Assembly: GCF_009914755.1 (NCBI RefSeq)
Contig: NC_060925.1
DNA length: 64,000 nucleotides
Origin: the human T2T-CHM13v2.0 reference genome, Homo sapiens
Reading direction: 5' to 3' (one strand)
In this document: positions 27,670 through 40,000 of the stretch, one piece after another
How positions within the stretch are numbered: the first letter of the stretch is position 1
Layout of the letters: each line of letters begins with the position of its first letter
Notes under the pieces: generated by a model
What the model was told of the DNA's origin: nothing
What the model saw: only the letters and a program-made list of their open reading frames with translations
Database searches by the model: none
Made by a program: the position numbers and the translations under genes

Positions 27670-27824
27670 TTTTTAATATTTTATTTTATTTTTCAAGTTT
27701 CAGAGTACATGTGCAGGATGTGCAGGTTTGTTACATAGGTAAACGTGTGCCATGGTGGTTTGCTGTACCTATCAACTATCATCTCGGTGTTAAGCCCAGC
27801 ATACATTAGCTCTTTTCCCTAATG
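27670..27824 (-). mobile_element. Short 5'-truncated L1PA7/8-like 3' end
   Basis: gtacatgtgcaggatgtgcaggtttgttacataggtaaacgtgtgccatggtggtttgctg. Confidence 0.85.
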
Positions 27825-27846
27825 TACTTTCAAAAATAAATCTCCC

Positions 27847-28221
<375 letters not shown>

Positions 28222-28527
28222 TCATATGGTAGATACAATATTTAGCTTTTAAGAAACCGTCAAATTGTTTTCCATAGTAGTTGTAACATTTTGTGTTCTT
28301 ACCAGCTGTGTATGAGAGTATTAGTTGAGTAGCTCTACATTCTCATTGATACTTGGAATGAGCAGTCTTTTTAATTCTAGCCATTGTGTTAAATGTACAG
28401 TAGTAGATTATAGTGTTTTAATTTGCATTTCCCTAATAAACAATATTGTTGAGCATCTCTTCAAATGCTTATTTACCACGTGTTTATTTTCTTTTCTTTA
28501 GTGAAACGTCTGATCAAATATTTTGCC

Positions 28528-28821
28528 TTTTTTTTTTTTTTTAGATGGAGTTTTACTCCAGTCACCCAGGCTGGAATGCAATGGCATGATCTTGGCTCAC
28601 TTCAACCTCCGTCTGCCAGGTTCAAGTGATTCTCCTTCCTTAGCTTCCTAGGTAGCTGGGATTACAGGTGTGGCCACCATGCCCAGTTAATTTTTGTATT
28701 TATAGTAGGGACGGGGTTTCACCGTGTTGGTCAGGCTGGTCTCGAACTCCTGACCTCGTGATCCACCCACCTCGGTTTCCCAAAGTGCTGGAATTACAGG
28801 CTTGAGCCACCGTGCCCGGCC
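28528..28821 (-). mobile_element. AluS
   Basis: full dimer; TSD a(t/c)attttgcct. Confidence 0.95.
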
Positions 28822-28879
28822 ACATTTTGCCTATTTTTGAGTTATTTGTTTCCTTTTCATTGAGTTGTTTTGAAACAGT

Positions 28880-29530
28880 TGTATTATTTTTAATTTTGAT
28901 GGATGTGTAATAGTTGTATATATTTATGGGGTACATGTGATATTTTGATACAAGCATATAATGTGTAATTATTGCATCAGAGTGATTGGGTCTCTATCAC
29001 CTTAAACATTTATGATTTTTATGTGTTAGGAACATTTCAATTCTATTCTTCTAGTTGTTTTGAGATATACAACAAATTAATGTTAACTATAGTCACCCTA
29101 TTGTGCTGCCAAACACTAGACTTTATTCCTTCTATTAACTGTGTAGTTGTACACATTTACCTACTGTTCTTTATCTACCATTCCCACTACCCTTCCTAGC
29201 CTCTGGCAACCATTATTCTAATCTCTATCTCCATGAAATCATTTTTCTAACTCTGTATATGAATGAGGACATCATTTAACATAATGTCCTCCAGTTATTT
29301 CCATGTTGTTGCAGATGACAAGATATTATTATTTTTTATGGCTGAATAACATTGTATTATATATACATACCATATTTTCTTTATCCACTCATGTTAATGG
29401 ACATGTAGGCTGATTGTGTATCTTGGCCATTGTAAATAGTGCCGCAATTAACATAGGAGTGCAGATGTCTCTTTGATATATTGATTTCCTTCCTTTTTTT
29501 ATTTGGACCTATACCCAGTCATGGGATTAT
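28880..29530 (-). mobile_element. L1MA5-7-like 3' fragment
   Basis: gtatatatttatggggtacatgtgatattttgatacaagcatataatgtgtaat. Confidence 0.8.
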
Positions 29531-32500
29531 TGGAATATTCTTGAGTTTTGAGAATTCTTTTTGTATTTTGTATAAGTCCTTCATTAGATATATGCTTTTC
29601 AAAATTTTTTTGCTCTACGACTTGTTTTTTAATTTTAAAGTGTCTTTCAAAAAATACTTATTTTAATTTTAATAAAGTTCGATTTATCAGTTTTTTAAGG
29701 ATCATGCTTTTGGTAATGTATCTAAGAAATCTTTATCAAACTCTATGTCACTAATATATTTTTCCATATTTCTGCTAAAATCTTATAGTTTTAGGTTTTG
29801 TATTTAGATTTATAATATATTTTGGATTAATTTCTTATATGGCATGAGGTATAGATCAAAATTTATATTTGTTGCTTATGGCTATTCAAGTGTTTCAGCA
29901 CCAGCACATCTCTGCTGAATTTTCTTTGCATCCTCGTTGAAAATCATTTGCTGCTATATGTGAGGTCTCTTTCTGGATTGTCTATTCTGTTTTATTGATC
30001 TAGTTGTTTATCTTTTTGCCAATGCCACACTATCTTGATTATTGTAGTTTTATAGTATTTCTTGAGATCAGGTACTGTTAATGCTTTGATTTTGTTCTTT
30101 GTTTGAAGTCATTTTGGCTATTCTAGGTCCTTTTAGACTTTTAGAATTTGCTTGCCAATTTTCACCTTTTAAAAAGCTTAATGGAATTTGATTAGGAATG
30201 CTTTAAATATGTAGATCAATTTGGAGAGAACTGACATCTTAACAATATTGAGACTTCCTATCTATTAACGTGGTATATCTCTTCATTGACTTAAGTTTTC
30301 ATTAATTTCCTAGAAATATTTTGTAGTTTTCAGTGTACAGTTCCTGTATATCTTTAGTAGGATTTATACTTAAGTACTTATTTTTTCTGATGCTATTATA
30401 AATATTAATAGTTGTTTTTTATATTCAATATCTGATTCTTTATTAGTGTAGAGAAATGAAACTTATTTTTGTATAGTGATCTTGTGTCCTATAACATTGC
30501 TAAATTTGCTTATTAATTCTAGTAGCTTTTTTATGGACTCTATCAGATTTTCTCATAAACAATCATACAGGCTGCTAATAAAGACAATTTTTACTTATTC
30601 ATTTCTAATCTGTATAGCTTTTTCTTTTCCCAATTATACTGGATAGAACCTTTATTACAATGTTAAAAATAAATATTGTGAGCAAATGTTATTGCCTTGT
30701 TTCTTATCTTAGGGGAAAAATATTAAATCTTGGCATCATTACAGATGAAATTAACTGTAAATAAAGTTCTAAAAGTTTCCTTTTATCCCTAGGTTGGTGA
30801 GAGTTTTTATCAGGAAAATACGTTAGATTTTTACCAAATGTTTTTCCTGCATCTATTAACAGCATCATAAGCTTTTTCTTCTTCAGTTTGTTAATATCAT
30901 GAATTATGTTGATTGATTTTTTAAGGTTAAAACAACCTTGCATTCCTGGGAGAACTACACTTGGTGATAATATATTATTTCTGTTTATATATTGTTAGAT
31001 TCAAATTGTTAAAATTGTGTTAAGAATTTTTACCTCTGTATCCATGCGGAATATTGAAAAGTAGCTTTCTTTTCTTGTGATCTCATTGTCTTATTTTAGA
31101 ATAAGAGTAATGCTGGCCTAACATAATGACTGGGAAGGATTTTCTCTGCTTCAATATTTTGGAAGAATTTGTGTAGTATTGGTATTTTTTTTAATGTTGA
31201 TGAAATTGCTCAGTGATGCCATCCAAGCCTATAGTTTTCTTTGTGGAAAAGTTTTAACTACAAATTCAATATCTTTAGTAGTTATAGAGTTATTCAACTT
31301 ATCTATTTATCCTTGAGTGAGCTTTTATAGTTTCTGTCTTTCAATAAGTTAATCCATTTCCTCTAATTTGTTGGATTTATTGGCAAAACATTTTTAGTAT
31401 TATTATCTTTATTATCTTTGCAATACCTATAGAATATAAAGTCACATCACCATATTGGTAACATAATATTTTTTTCCATTTATTTTCTAATTAGCCTGGC
31501 TACATATTTATCAATGTTTTTTGGGTTTTTCTCAGTGAAATAGTTTTGTTCTCATTTTATAAATTTCCACTCTCATCTTTATTGTTTTTTTTCTTCTACT
31601 TGTTTTGTGTTATATTTGCCTTACTTTTTCTAGTTTCTTATGATGGAAGATAAAGTCTTTGATTTTGGATTTCCCACATTTCTTAATACAAGCATTATTT
31701 CTATTAATTTTCCTTTAATTGCTACTTTAGCAATGGCCTACAAGTATCTATATTTTTTGTTCTCATTTTCATTCAGTTCAAAATATTTTAATTTTCCTTT
31801 AGATTTCCTCTTTACCCAATAGATTATCCTAAAATAAATTTGGTTTTTAAATATAGGGATTTTTTGTAGTTCTTTCTGTTATTAATTTCTAGTTTAATTT
31901 TATAGTGGCCAGAAAACATAGTTGACAATTTATATCCTCATCTTTCTGCTGCCATCCTTTTTTTTTTCTCTGTAGGTAACATGTCTGGTTACTTTTAAAA
32001 TTTACTCTTTATTGTTAATGTTGAACATTTTGATTTTGATGTGACTATTGCAGTTTTCATCATTTTTTAATTCTTGGGGTGCCTTGGTTATTGGATCTGT
32101 GTTTATAGTTTTCATCAAATTTGAAAAAAAAAGACTATTTATTCAAATACTTTTCTACTGCCAATTTTCCTTTGGAAACTCCAATTACACATATATTTAA
32201 ATGCTTGAAGTTGTCCCATGACAACTTCATTCTGATATTCAGAATGATATTCAACTGATATTCTGTTTTTTTTTTCTTACCATTTTATTTTGAATTTCTG
32301 TAAGTCTTCAGGTTCTCCAGTCTTATCTTTTGTAATGTCTATTCTGCTATAATGCTATTAATTCAATCTGGTATATTTTCATTATAGGCAATGAAGTTTC
32401 ATCTTTATAAGTTTAAATTGGAAGAAGTAGATATATTCTCTTTTGATACTTTCCATGTCTCTATTTAACATAATCTTTCCTCTAGGTATAGAACATATGG

Positions 32501-33334
32501 AGTACGATTATAAGAACTATTTTAATATCCTTCTTTGCTAATTCTAACATTTATGTCAATTTTTATTACTTAATTTTCTCCTCATTACCTCTCATATTTT
32601 TCTGCTTCTTTGCATGATGAGTAATTTTCTTACTGAATGTAGATACAGTGAGTTTTACCTTGCTGGGTGCTCAATATGTTTGTATTCCCATAAGATATAA
32701 AAGAGGAGCTTTTTATGGAGGGCACAGTGTAGTTACTTGGGAAAAGTTTGATACTTTCAGATCTTGTGTTAAAGATCTTTTAGGTAAGAAAAGAATAGAA
32801 TTTTTGCCTGAGGCCAGTAGTGCCTCATTACTGAAACAAGATCTTTCTGGGTACTCTTCCCAGTGTTCTGTGAATGAAGAAATCTTCCATTTTTGCTAGT
32901 TGAAGCAGACACTATTCTTGGTCCTTTGTAAATGCTGGTACTATCTCTCTGATCCTGTTAAGTGGTTCTTTCTCCAGCTTCAGGTAGTTACCTCATACAT
33001 CCATTGATCAGTCCTCTTCCCTACAAACTTGAGCTGCCTTTGTCTCCCAGAACACTTAGCTCTGGCACATTGGCTTAACTCTGTCATTGCAACATAACAG
33101 TCCATCAGGCTTGCCCTTTCTGCATTGTGGCCCAGAAATTGTTTCAAGGCAATAAGCTTATTGCCACCATATAAGCTACTTCACTTATTTCCTGTCTCTT
33201 AAGGACCATTTACTTCATTATCTGATGTCTACTGTCTTTAATTCTTTCATACATTTTCAATTTTAAAATTGTTTTAGGTAGAAAGACAAATATAGTTACT
33301 ATTGCTCTGTCTTTTCCAATAGCAGTATTGATCA

Positions 33335-35410
33335 TACACTGTTTATTAATTGTAAGATTTAACAATGTCAAGATATCAAGTCTCCCCAAATCAATCTGTA
33401 AGTTAATGAAATTTCAATGAAATTTAAAAATTTTTTATGAAAGTAGAAACTCTGATTCTTAAATCTATATGTAAGACTAAGTGTCTAAGACTAGAACAGA
33501 ATTCCCATTACCCTATCATGCTTTATCATCTTACACTGCTTACTCTCATTCATAGTTCTTATTACCCCTTGACATATTGTCTTTAACCATTTTTTTTCTG
33601 TCTTTAACCCCAACTAGAATGTAAGATGCATAAGAGCAGGAATTTCATTTTGTTCACTGTTATATCCCTACTGTCTAACACATATACACTAAATAATTAT
33701 TAATTGAACAAAAACTGCATGCCAAAGACAATTCTGAAAAAGAAGATTGGGAATTTGGCTTAGCATATATCAAGATGGTAGAAGGCAATAGCAATTAAGA
33801 TCATTTGCGTATTATTGCATGGATACAGAAAAAGATCAGTGGAACAAAACAGGGAAGCCAGAAGTAGCTCTTATTGTATACAAAATTTGGTTAACATATT
33901 ATAGAAATACCACTACAAATCAGTTATAAAAGGATGGAATTAGTTAACAAATGCCGCTCAGACAGTTGCCTTCCTTTTAGGAAAAATATGTACACAATAA
34001 ATTCTATGTGGTTTACTGATCTAAGTAGCCTAGGAAAAGCTTTTAGCAACAATTCTATGAGAATATCTTTATGACCCTATTGTAGAAAAAAATGTTTTAG
34101 ACATAAAACAAAAGGCTCATCTTACAAAGATTAATAAATTTGTTTATATAAATATGTAAATCTTCTGTTATATAAAAGAACATCATAAACATGGAGAAAA
34201 CATGAGACACAAACTGAGAGAAGATATTTGAAACTTGTATAAAGAATTGGTATTAATTTAAAAATGTGTTTATGAAAGTTCTACCAAACCGCACCCCAGC
34301 CAAAAGAAAAACTAAAAGATAAAAACCAAATGGGAAAAAGGGCAAAGGTTTTGAGCAGAAAATTCATAGAAGAGGAAACCTGGATAGTTAACAAACATAC
34401 AAAATGCATATATTTATGCATAATCAAAGAAAACTAATATAACATGCTATTTCACTCACACCAAATTGGCAAAAATTGAAGTCTGACAATATCAAATGTT
34501 GATAGGAATGTGGGAGGTGTGAGTTCTCCACACTGTTAAAGGAGTACAACTACTCTGGAGAATAATTTTGCAATCTCTAGTAAAATTTAAAATGTTCCCA
34601 TCCTACAATTCAGAAATTTAGTGTCTACATTCATGGCCCAGAAAAACTCTTGTACTTGTAAAGCAGAATATCTTTAGAGGGAAATGAATTTGTTCAAGTA
34701 ATATTTTGGAAGCATTTAAATGTTGTCAGCATGGGGAATAAAGAAATAAAATGTAGCATAGTGATACAACAGAGCCGACTTTCTCAAGTGCAGTTTAGGG
34801 AGGAAATTTCAGTGGCCTAAGGCATCCATTAAATGTAATGAATCAACTAATTGCAACATATCTAGAATGGTCCTAGTTATGTATCATCATTCAAGAATTA
34901 AGAAAGAAGTCATTCAAATCATTGTCTTAGGTTCAGTGGTTAAGCTGAAGAACTCTGCGTGAGACAGGCTGCCATATAGCAATTAAATTAAATGATCTTG
35001 AATAGCATGTATCAATATGAAAAGATCCCCCCATATAAGAATAAATACTAAAACCAAGTTGCAATAACACACATAAAATATGAAAGCATTCATATAAAAT
35101 TGAAAAACATAGTATAACATTATATGTTTTTCTTAGATGTTTTTAAAGTATGTAGTAAAAATATAAAAACACAAACTGGAATGATATAAACTAAGCTAAT
35201 GAAAGTTTATTTGGGGAGAAGTAAAGAGGGAATAAGAATGAGAAAGACTTAAACTAAGTAATATTTTATTTCTTTCATATATAAAGTATATCTGAAGCAA
35301 TGATGCCAAAATATTAACATTAATTAATTGTGGATATTGGAAACACAGATATTTGTTAGCACTTCCATATTTATTTAACTTTTCAAAAAACATCCAGAAA
35401 TTAAAATAAA
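33335..35410 (+). mobile_element. Ancient L1ME ORF2/3' fragments with an L2 3' end at ~33500-33710
   Basis: agatcagtggaacaaaacag, aaattggcaaaaattgaagtctgacaatatcaaatgttg; L2 ctagaatgtaagatgcataagagcagg. Confidence 0.6.
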
Positions 35411-36669
35411 ACTTTGCCTGCAGCTTAAGAAAACGTTAAAAAAAAAAAGACAAGCTAGCAACTATCAAATATCTTGTGTCTTCCTAACTTCTACTGAGTT
35501 CACTAACTTCTACTGATCTGTCACCAGCTTTTCACAGTAAAGGAGGCCATTCCATTGTTGTGCTGTATCTTGTCATCCAAAATCCAAAAGCCTGATTGTT
35601 GTCATTCTTGAGTGTGAGAGGGCTGCAAACATCAGAACAGCTTTTCACAATAAGCGGCTGACTGGGAAACCTGAGCAAACAAAAAAAGGAGAAAATTAAC
35701 TCTGGTCTCTGGCCAAAATAATTTGCCTATGATAAACAAAATAGACAATTTCCAGTTCCCACCCCATAGCAGATTAAGACCACCTGTTGTTAATTATGTC
35801 CAAATATTTGATAGTTCCTTGTTCCTTTATGTTTTTCAGTTATGTCATTATTCTTTGTTTCAATTTTAACCCATGCAGCACAATTCACTTTTCCTTGGCT
35901 TTCTACTTTTAGAGTCGTTACTTCTAACTTATCTCTGCTTCTCTCATCCAAAATTTAGAGACAAATCTAAAGCTTTGGTCTTGTTACTCCTTAGCAAATT
36001 ATGGCCAGCTTAGTGCAACATTTTCCCCTGACTATTCCTGAAGCAGTTTATTGACTTCACTACCCCCGCAGACCCCAGGAGTAGAAAATGCTGGTTCTCC
36101 CATAGTTCACCTACTTGTAGCTGCTAGGTAATGTAAGCTTTCTCAACAATTCCCTACTGCCTCTTGTATCACTGAGAGGCACAGCAAGCAAGAGAAAGAA
36201 CTTGTATTGGCTAAATGAAAGCCTTTTAATAACTGACTGCTTACAGAGAAGTAGGTGGGTTATGGGGTAAAATAAGGGATATTAAGACATGCAGACATTA
36301 GCAAAAATGGGGAGGCATTACCACCTCTAGGGCTAAAAAGGCACAGAGAAGAAATATGTCTACAGAATCCTGTGAGAGTGTGAGATGTTGGGGAAGGGCT
36401 ACTCCCCAGGGGCTCTAGTCTTGGAAGAATTCAGGTGCTACTGGAAGAGGTGCTGGCATAAAGGAGGGAGCCTGAGAGAAACACAGCAACCTGTCTTTTC
36501 TCTTGCCTTCCAATCTTCTGCTCACGACTCGCTTTGGCTAAATCCACCTATAAACAAATTGAAAGAGTGGCTGCGTGACGTAGGCCTTAAGCAATAGCTT
36601 TCTAGGACCTCAGACTGGGTCGATGGGAGTGAAGACTGGTTTTGCAGGGGAAGGAGCAAACAATAACCT

Positions 36670-37020
36670 GCACATTCCTGAAGATCAGATGTTTCTTCCT
36701 CCTTCTTTTCAAGCTCATGTTATCTGACGATGCCACCCTCTACCACTCTTCAGTGCTGTCATTGACCTGTCTCGCTTTCCACTACAACCCCTGCCATCAT
36801 CCTTGGCTACTTCACTGTGTATGTGGATGACCCATCAGACAGTCTAGTCTCAAAGTGTTTACTTTCTCAACAACAACAACATTTATCTGTGTTCTAGTTC
36901 AGCAACCCATGGTAAAATACCAATTGTTTTTTCTAGCACAGAAAATAGTTATCAATGAGCTAGGAAATCTCTCAGTTTTCTATCTCTAATTTTAGCTGCA
37001 TCCATTCTCCCTTCTTCTTC
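36670..37020 (+). mobile_element. L2 fragment (resumes at 44045-44775 after the L1PB1)
   Basis: L2-like pyrimidine-rich sequence on both sides of the L1PB1 insertion. Confidence 0.55.
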
Positions 37021-37022
37021 AG

Positions 37023-40000
37023 TTTTTTTTTTTGTTGTTGTTGTTATTTCAATATGTTTTTGGGGAACAGGTGGTGGTTAGTTACATGGAAAAGTTCTTT
37101 ACTGTTGATTTCTGAGATTTTGGTGCACCCATCACCTGAGGAGTATACACTACCTAATGTGTAGTCTTTTATCCCTTGCCCCACTCCCACCCTTTCCCCA
37201 GAGTCCTCAGAGTCCATTGGATCATCCTTAGACTTTTGCGTCCTCATAGCTTAGCTCCCACTTATAAGTGAGAACATACGATGCTTGGTTTACCATTCCT
37301 GAGTTACTTCACTTAGAATAATGGTCTCCAACTCCATTCGGGTTGCTGCAAATGCCATTATTTCATTCCTTCTTATGGCCAAGTAGTATCCCATTACATA
37401 TATACATATATTTTGCAATTGCAAATTGTGATGCTATAAACATGTATGTCCAAGTGTCTTTTTAATATAATGACTTCTTTACCTCTGGGTAGATGCCCAG
37501 TAGTGGGATTGCTAGATCAAATGGTAGATCTACATTTAGTTCCTTAAGGAATCTTTATACCGTTTTCCATAGTAGTTGTACTAGTTTACATTCCCACTAA
37601 CAGTGTGAAAGTGTTCCCTTTTCACCACAATCACCCCATCTATTATTTTTTGATATTTTAACTATGGCTATTCTTGCAGGAGTCAGGTGGTATCACACTG
37701 TGGTTTAGATTTGCATTTCCCTGATAATTAGTGTTTAGCATTTTTTTTCATGTTTTTTGGCTATTTGTATATCTTCTTTTGAGAATTGTCTATTCATGTC
37801 CTCAGCCCACTTTTTGATGGGATTACTCAATTTTTTCTTGCTGATTTGTTTGAGTTCCTTGTATATTCTGGGAATTACTCCTTTGTCAGACGTATAGATT
37901 ATGAAGATTTTTGCCCATTCTGTGGGTTGTCTGTTTATTCTACTGATTATTTCTTCTGCTGTGCAGAAGCTTTTTAGTTTAATTAAGGCCCATCTATTTA
38001 TCTTTGTTTTTGTTGCATTTGCTTTTGAGTTCTTGGTCATGAAGTCTTTGCCTAAGCCAATGTCTAGAAGGGTTTTTCTGATGTTGTCTTCCAGAATGTT
38101 TAAGGTTTCAGGTCTTAGATTTAAATCATTGATCCATATTGAGTTGATTTTTGTATGAGGTGAGACGTGAGGACCCAGTTTCATTCTTCTATATGTGGCT
38201 TGCCAATTATCTTAGCACCATTTGTTAAATAGGGTGTCCTTTCCCCACTTAATGTTTTTGTTTGATTTGTCAAAGATCAGTTGGCTGCAAGTATTTGGCT
38301 TTATTTCTGGGTTCTTTATTCTGTTCCATTGGTTTGTGTGCCTATTTTTATGCCAGTACCATGCTGTTTGACTGACTATAGCCTTAACAGTATATTTGAA
38401 GTCACGTAATGTGATGGCTCCAGATTTGTTCTTTTTGCTTAGTCTTGCCTTGGCTATGCAGGCTCTTTTTAGGTTCCAGATGAATTTTAGAATTGTGTTT
38501 TCTAGTTCTGTGAAGAATAAAAATAGTATTTTGATGGGAATTGTACTGAATTTGTAGATTGCTTTTGGAAGTATGGTCATTTTGACAATATTGATTCTAC
38601 CCATTCATGAGTATGGGATGTGTTTCCATTTGTGTCGTCTGTGATTTCTTTCAGTAGAGTTTTGTAGTTTTCCTTGTAGGAGTCTTTCATTTCCTTGGTT
38701 AGGTATATTCCTAAGTTTTTTTTTTTTTTGCTTGTTTGTTTGTTTGCAGGGGGGAAAAAGGGGTTGAGATTTTATTTTGTTCTTACCTTGGTTGCTGTTG
38801 GTGTATAGCACTGCTACTGATTGTGTACATTGATTTTGTATCCTAAAACTTTACAGAATTTATTTGTCAGAACTGGGAGGTTTTTGAATGAGTGAGTTTT
38901 TAGGGTTTCCTAGGTATATAATCATATTATCAGTGAACAGTGATGGCCTGACTTCCTCTTTACTGATTAGGATGCCCTTTATTTCTTTCTCTTGACTTAT
39001 TTCTCTAGCTAGGATTCCCGACACTATGTTGAATAGAGGTGATGAAAGATGGGATCCTTGTCCCATTCCAGTCCTCAGGGGAAATGCTGTCAACTCTTCC
39101 CTGTTCAGTATAATATTGGCTGTGGGTTTGTCATAGATGGCTTTTATTAGTTGAAGGTATGTCGCTTCTATGCCAATTTTGCTGAGCGTTTTAATCATAA
39201 AAGGATGCCAGATTTTGTGAAATTCTTTTACTGCCTCTATTGAGATGATCATGTGATTTCTGTTTTAATTCTGTTTGTGTGGTATATCACATTGACTTGC
39301 ATATGTTAGGCCATCTTTGCATTCCTGGTGTGAAAACCATTTGATCATGGTGGATTTTTGCTTTGATACTAGTTAGCTAGTATTTCTTGAGGATTTTTGC
39401 ATCTATGTTTGTCAGGGATATTGGTCTGTAGTTTTCTTTTGTGTTATGTTCTATCTTGGTTTTGGTATTAGGGTGATACTGGCTTCATAGAATGATTTAG
39501 GGAGGATCACATCTTTCTCTATCTTTTGGAATAGTGTCAACAGGATTGGTACCAGTTCTTCTTTGAATGTCTGATATAATTCAGCTGTGAATCTAGTTGG
39601 TCCTGGACATTTTTTTATTGCCAATTTTTTTCATTACCATTTTGATCTCACTGCTTGCTATTGGTCTGTTCAGAGTTTATGTTTCTTTCTTGTTTAATCT
39701 AGGAGGGTTGCATATTTCCAGGAATTTATCCATCTCCTCTAGGTTTTGTAGTTTGTGTGCATAAAGGTGTTCCTAGTATCCTTGAGTGATCCTTTGTATT
39801 TCTGTGATATCAGTTGTAGTATCTCCCATTTCATTTCTAACTGAGCTTATTTGGATCTTCTCTGTCTTTGGTTAATTTCACTAATGGTCTATAAATTTTG
39901 TTTATTTTTTCAAAAACTCAACTTTTGTGTCATTTATCTTTTGTAAATTTTGGGGTCAATTTCATTCAGTTTTCTCTGATCTTTGTTATTTCTTTTTTTC

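Noticed and set aside
35484-35516. Short direct repeats (also 52043-52067, 32232-32264, 13962-13990) and the 8 bp hairpin at 5012-5030
   Set aside because: Ordinary slippage products or chance-level matches in 64 kb
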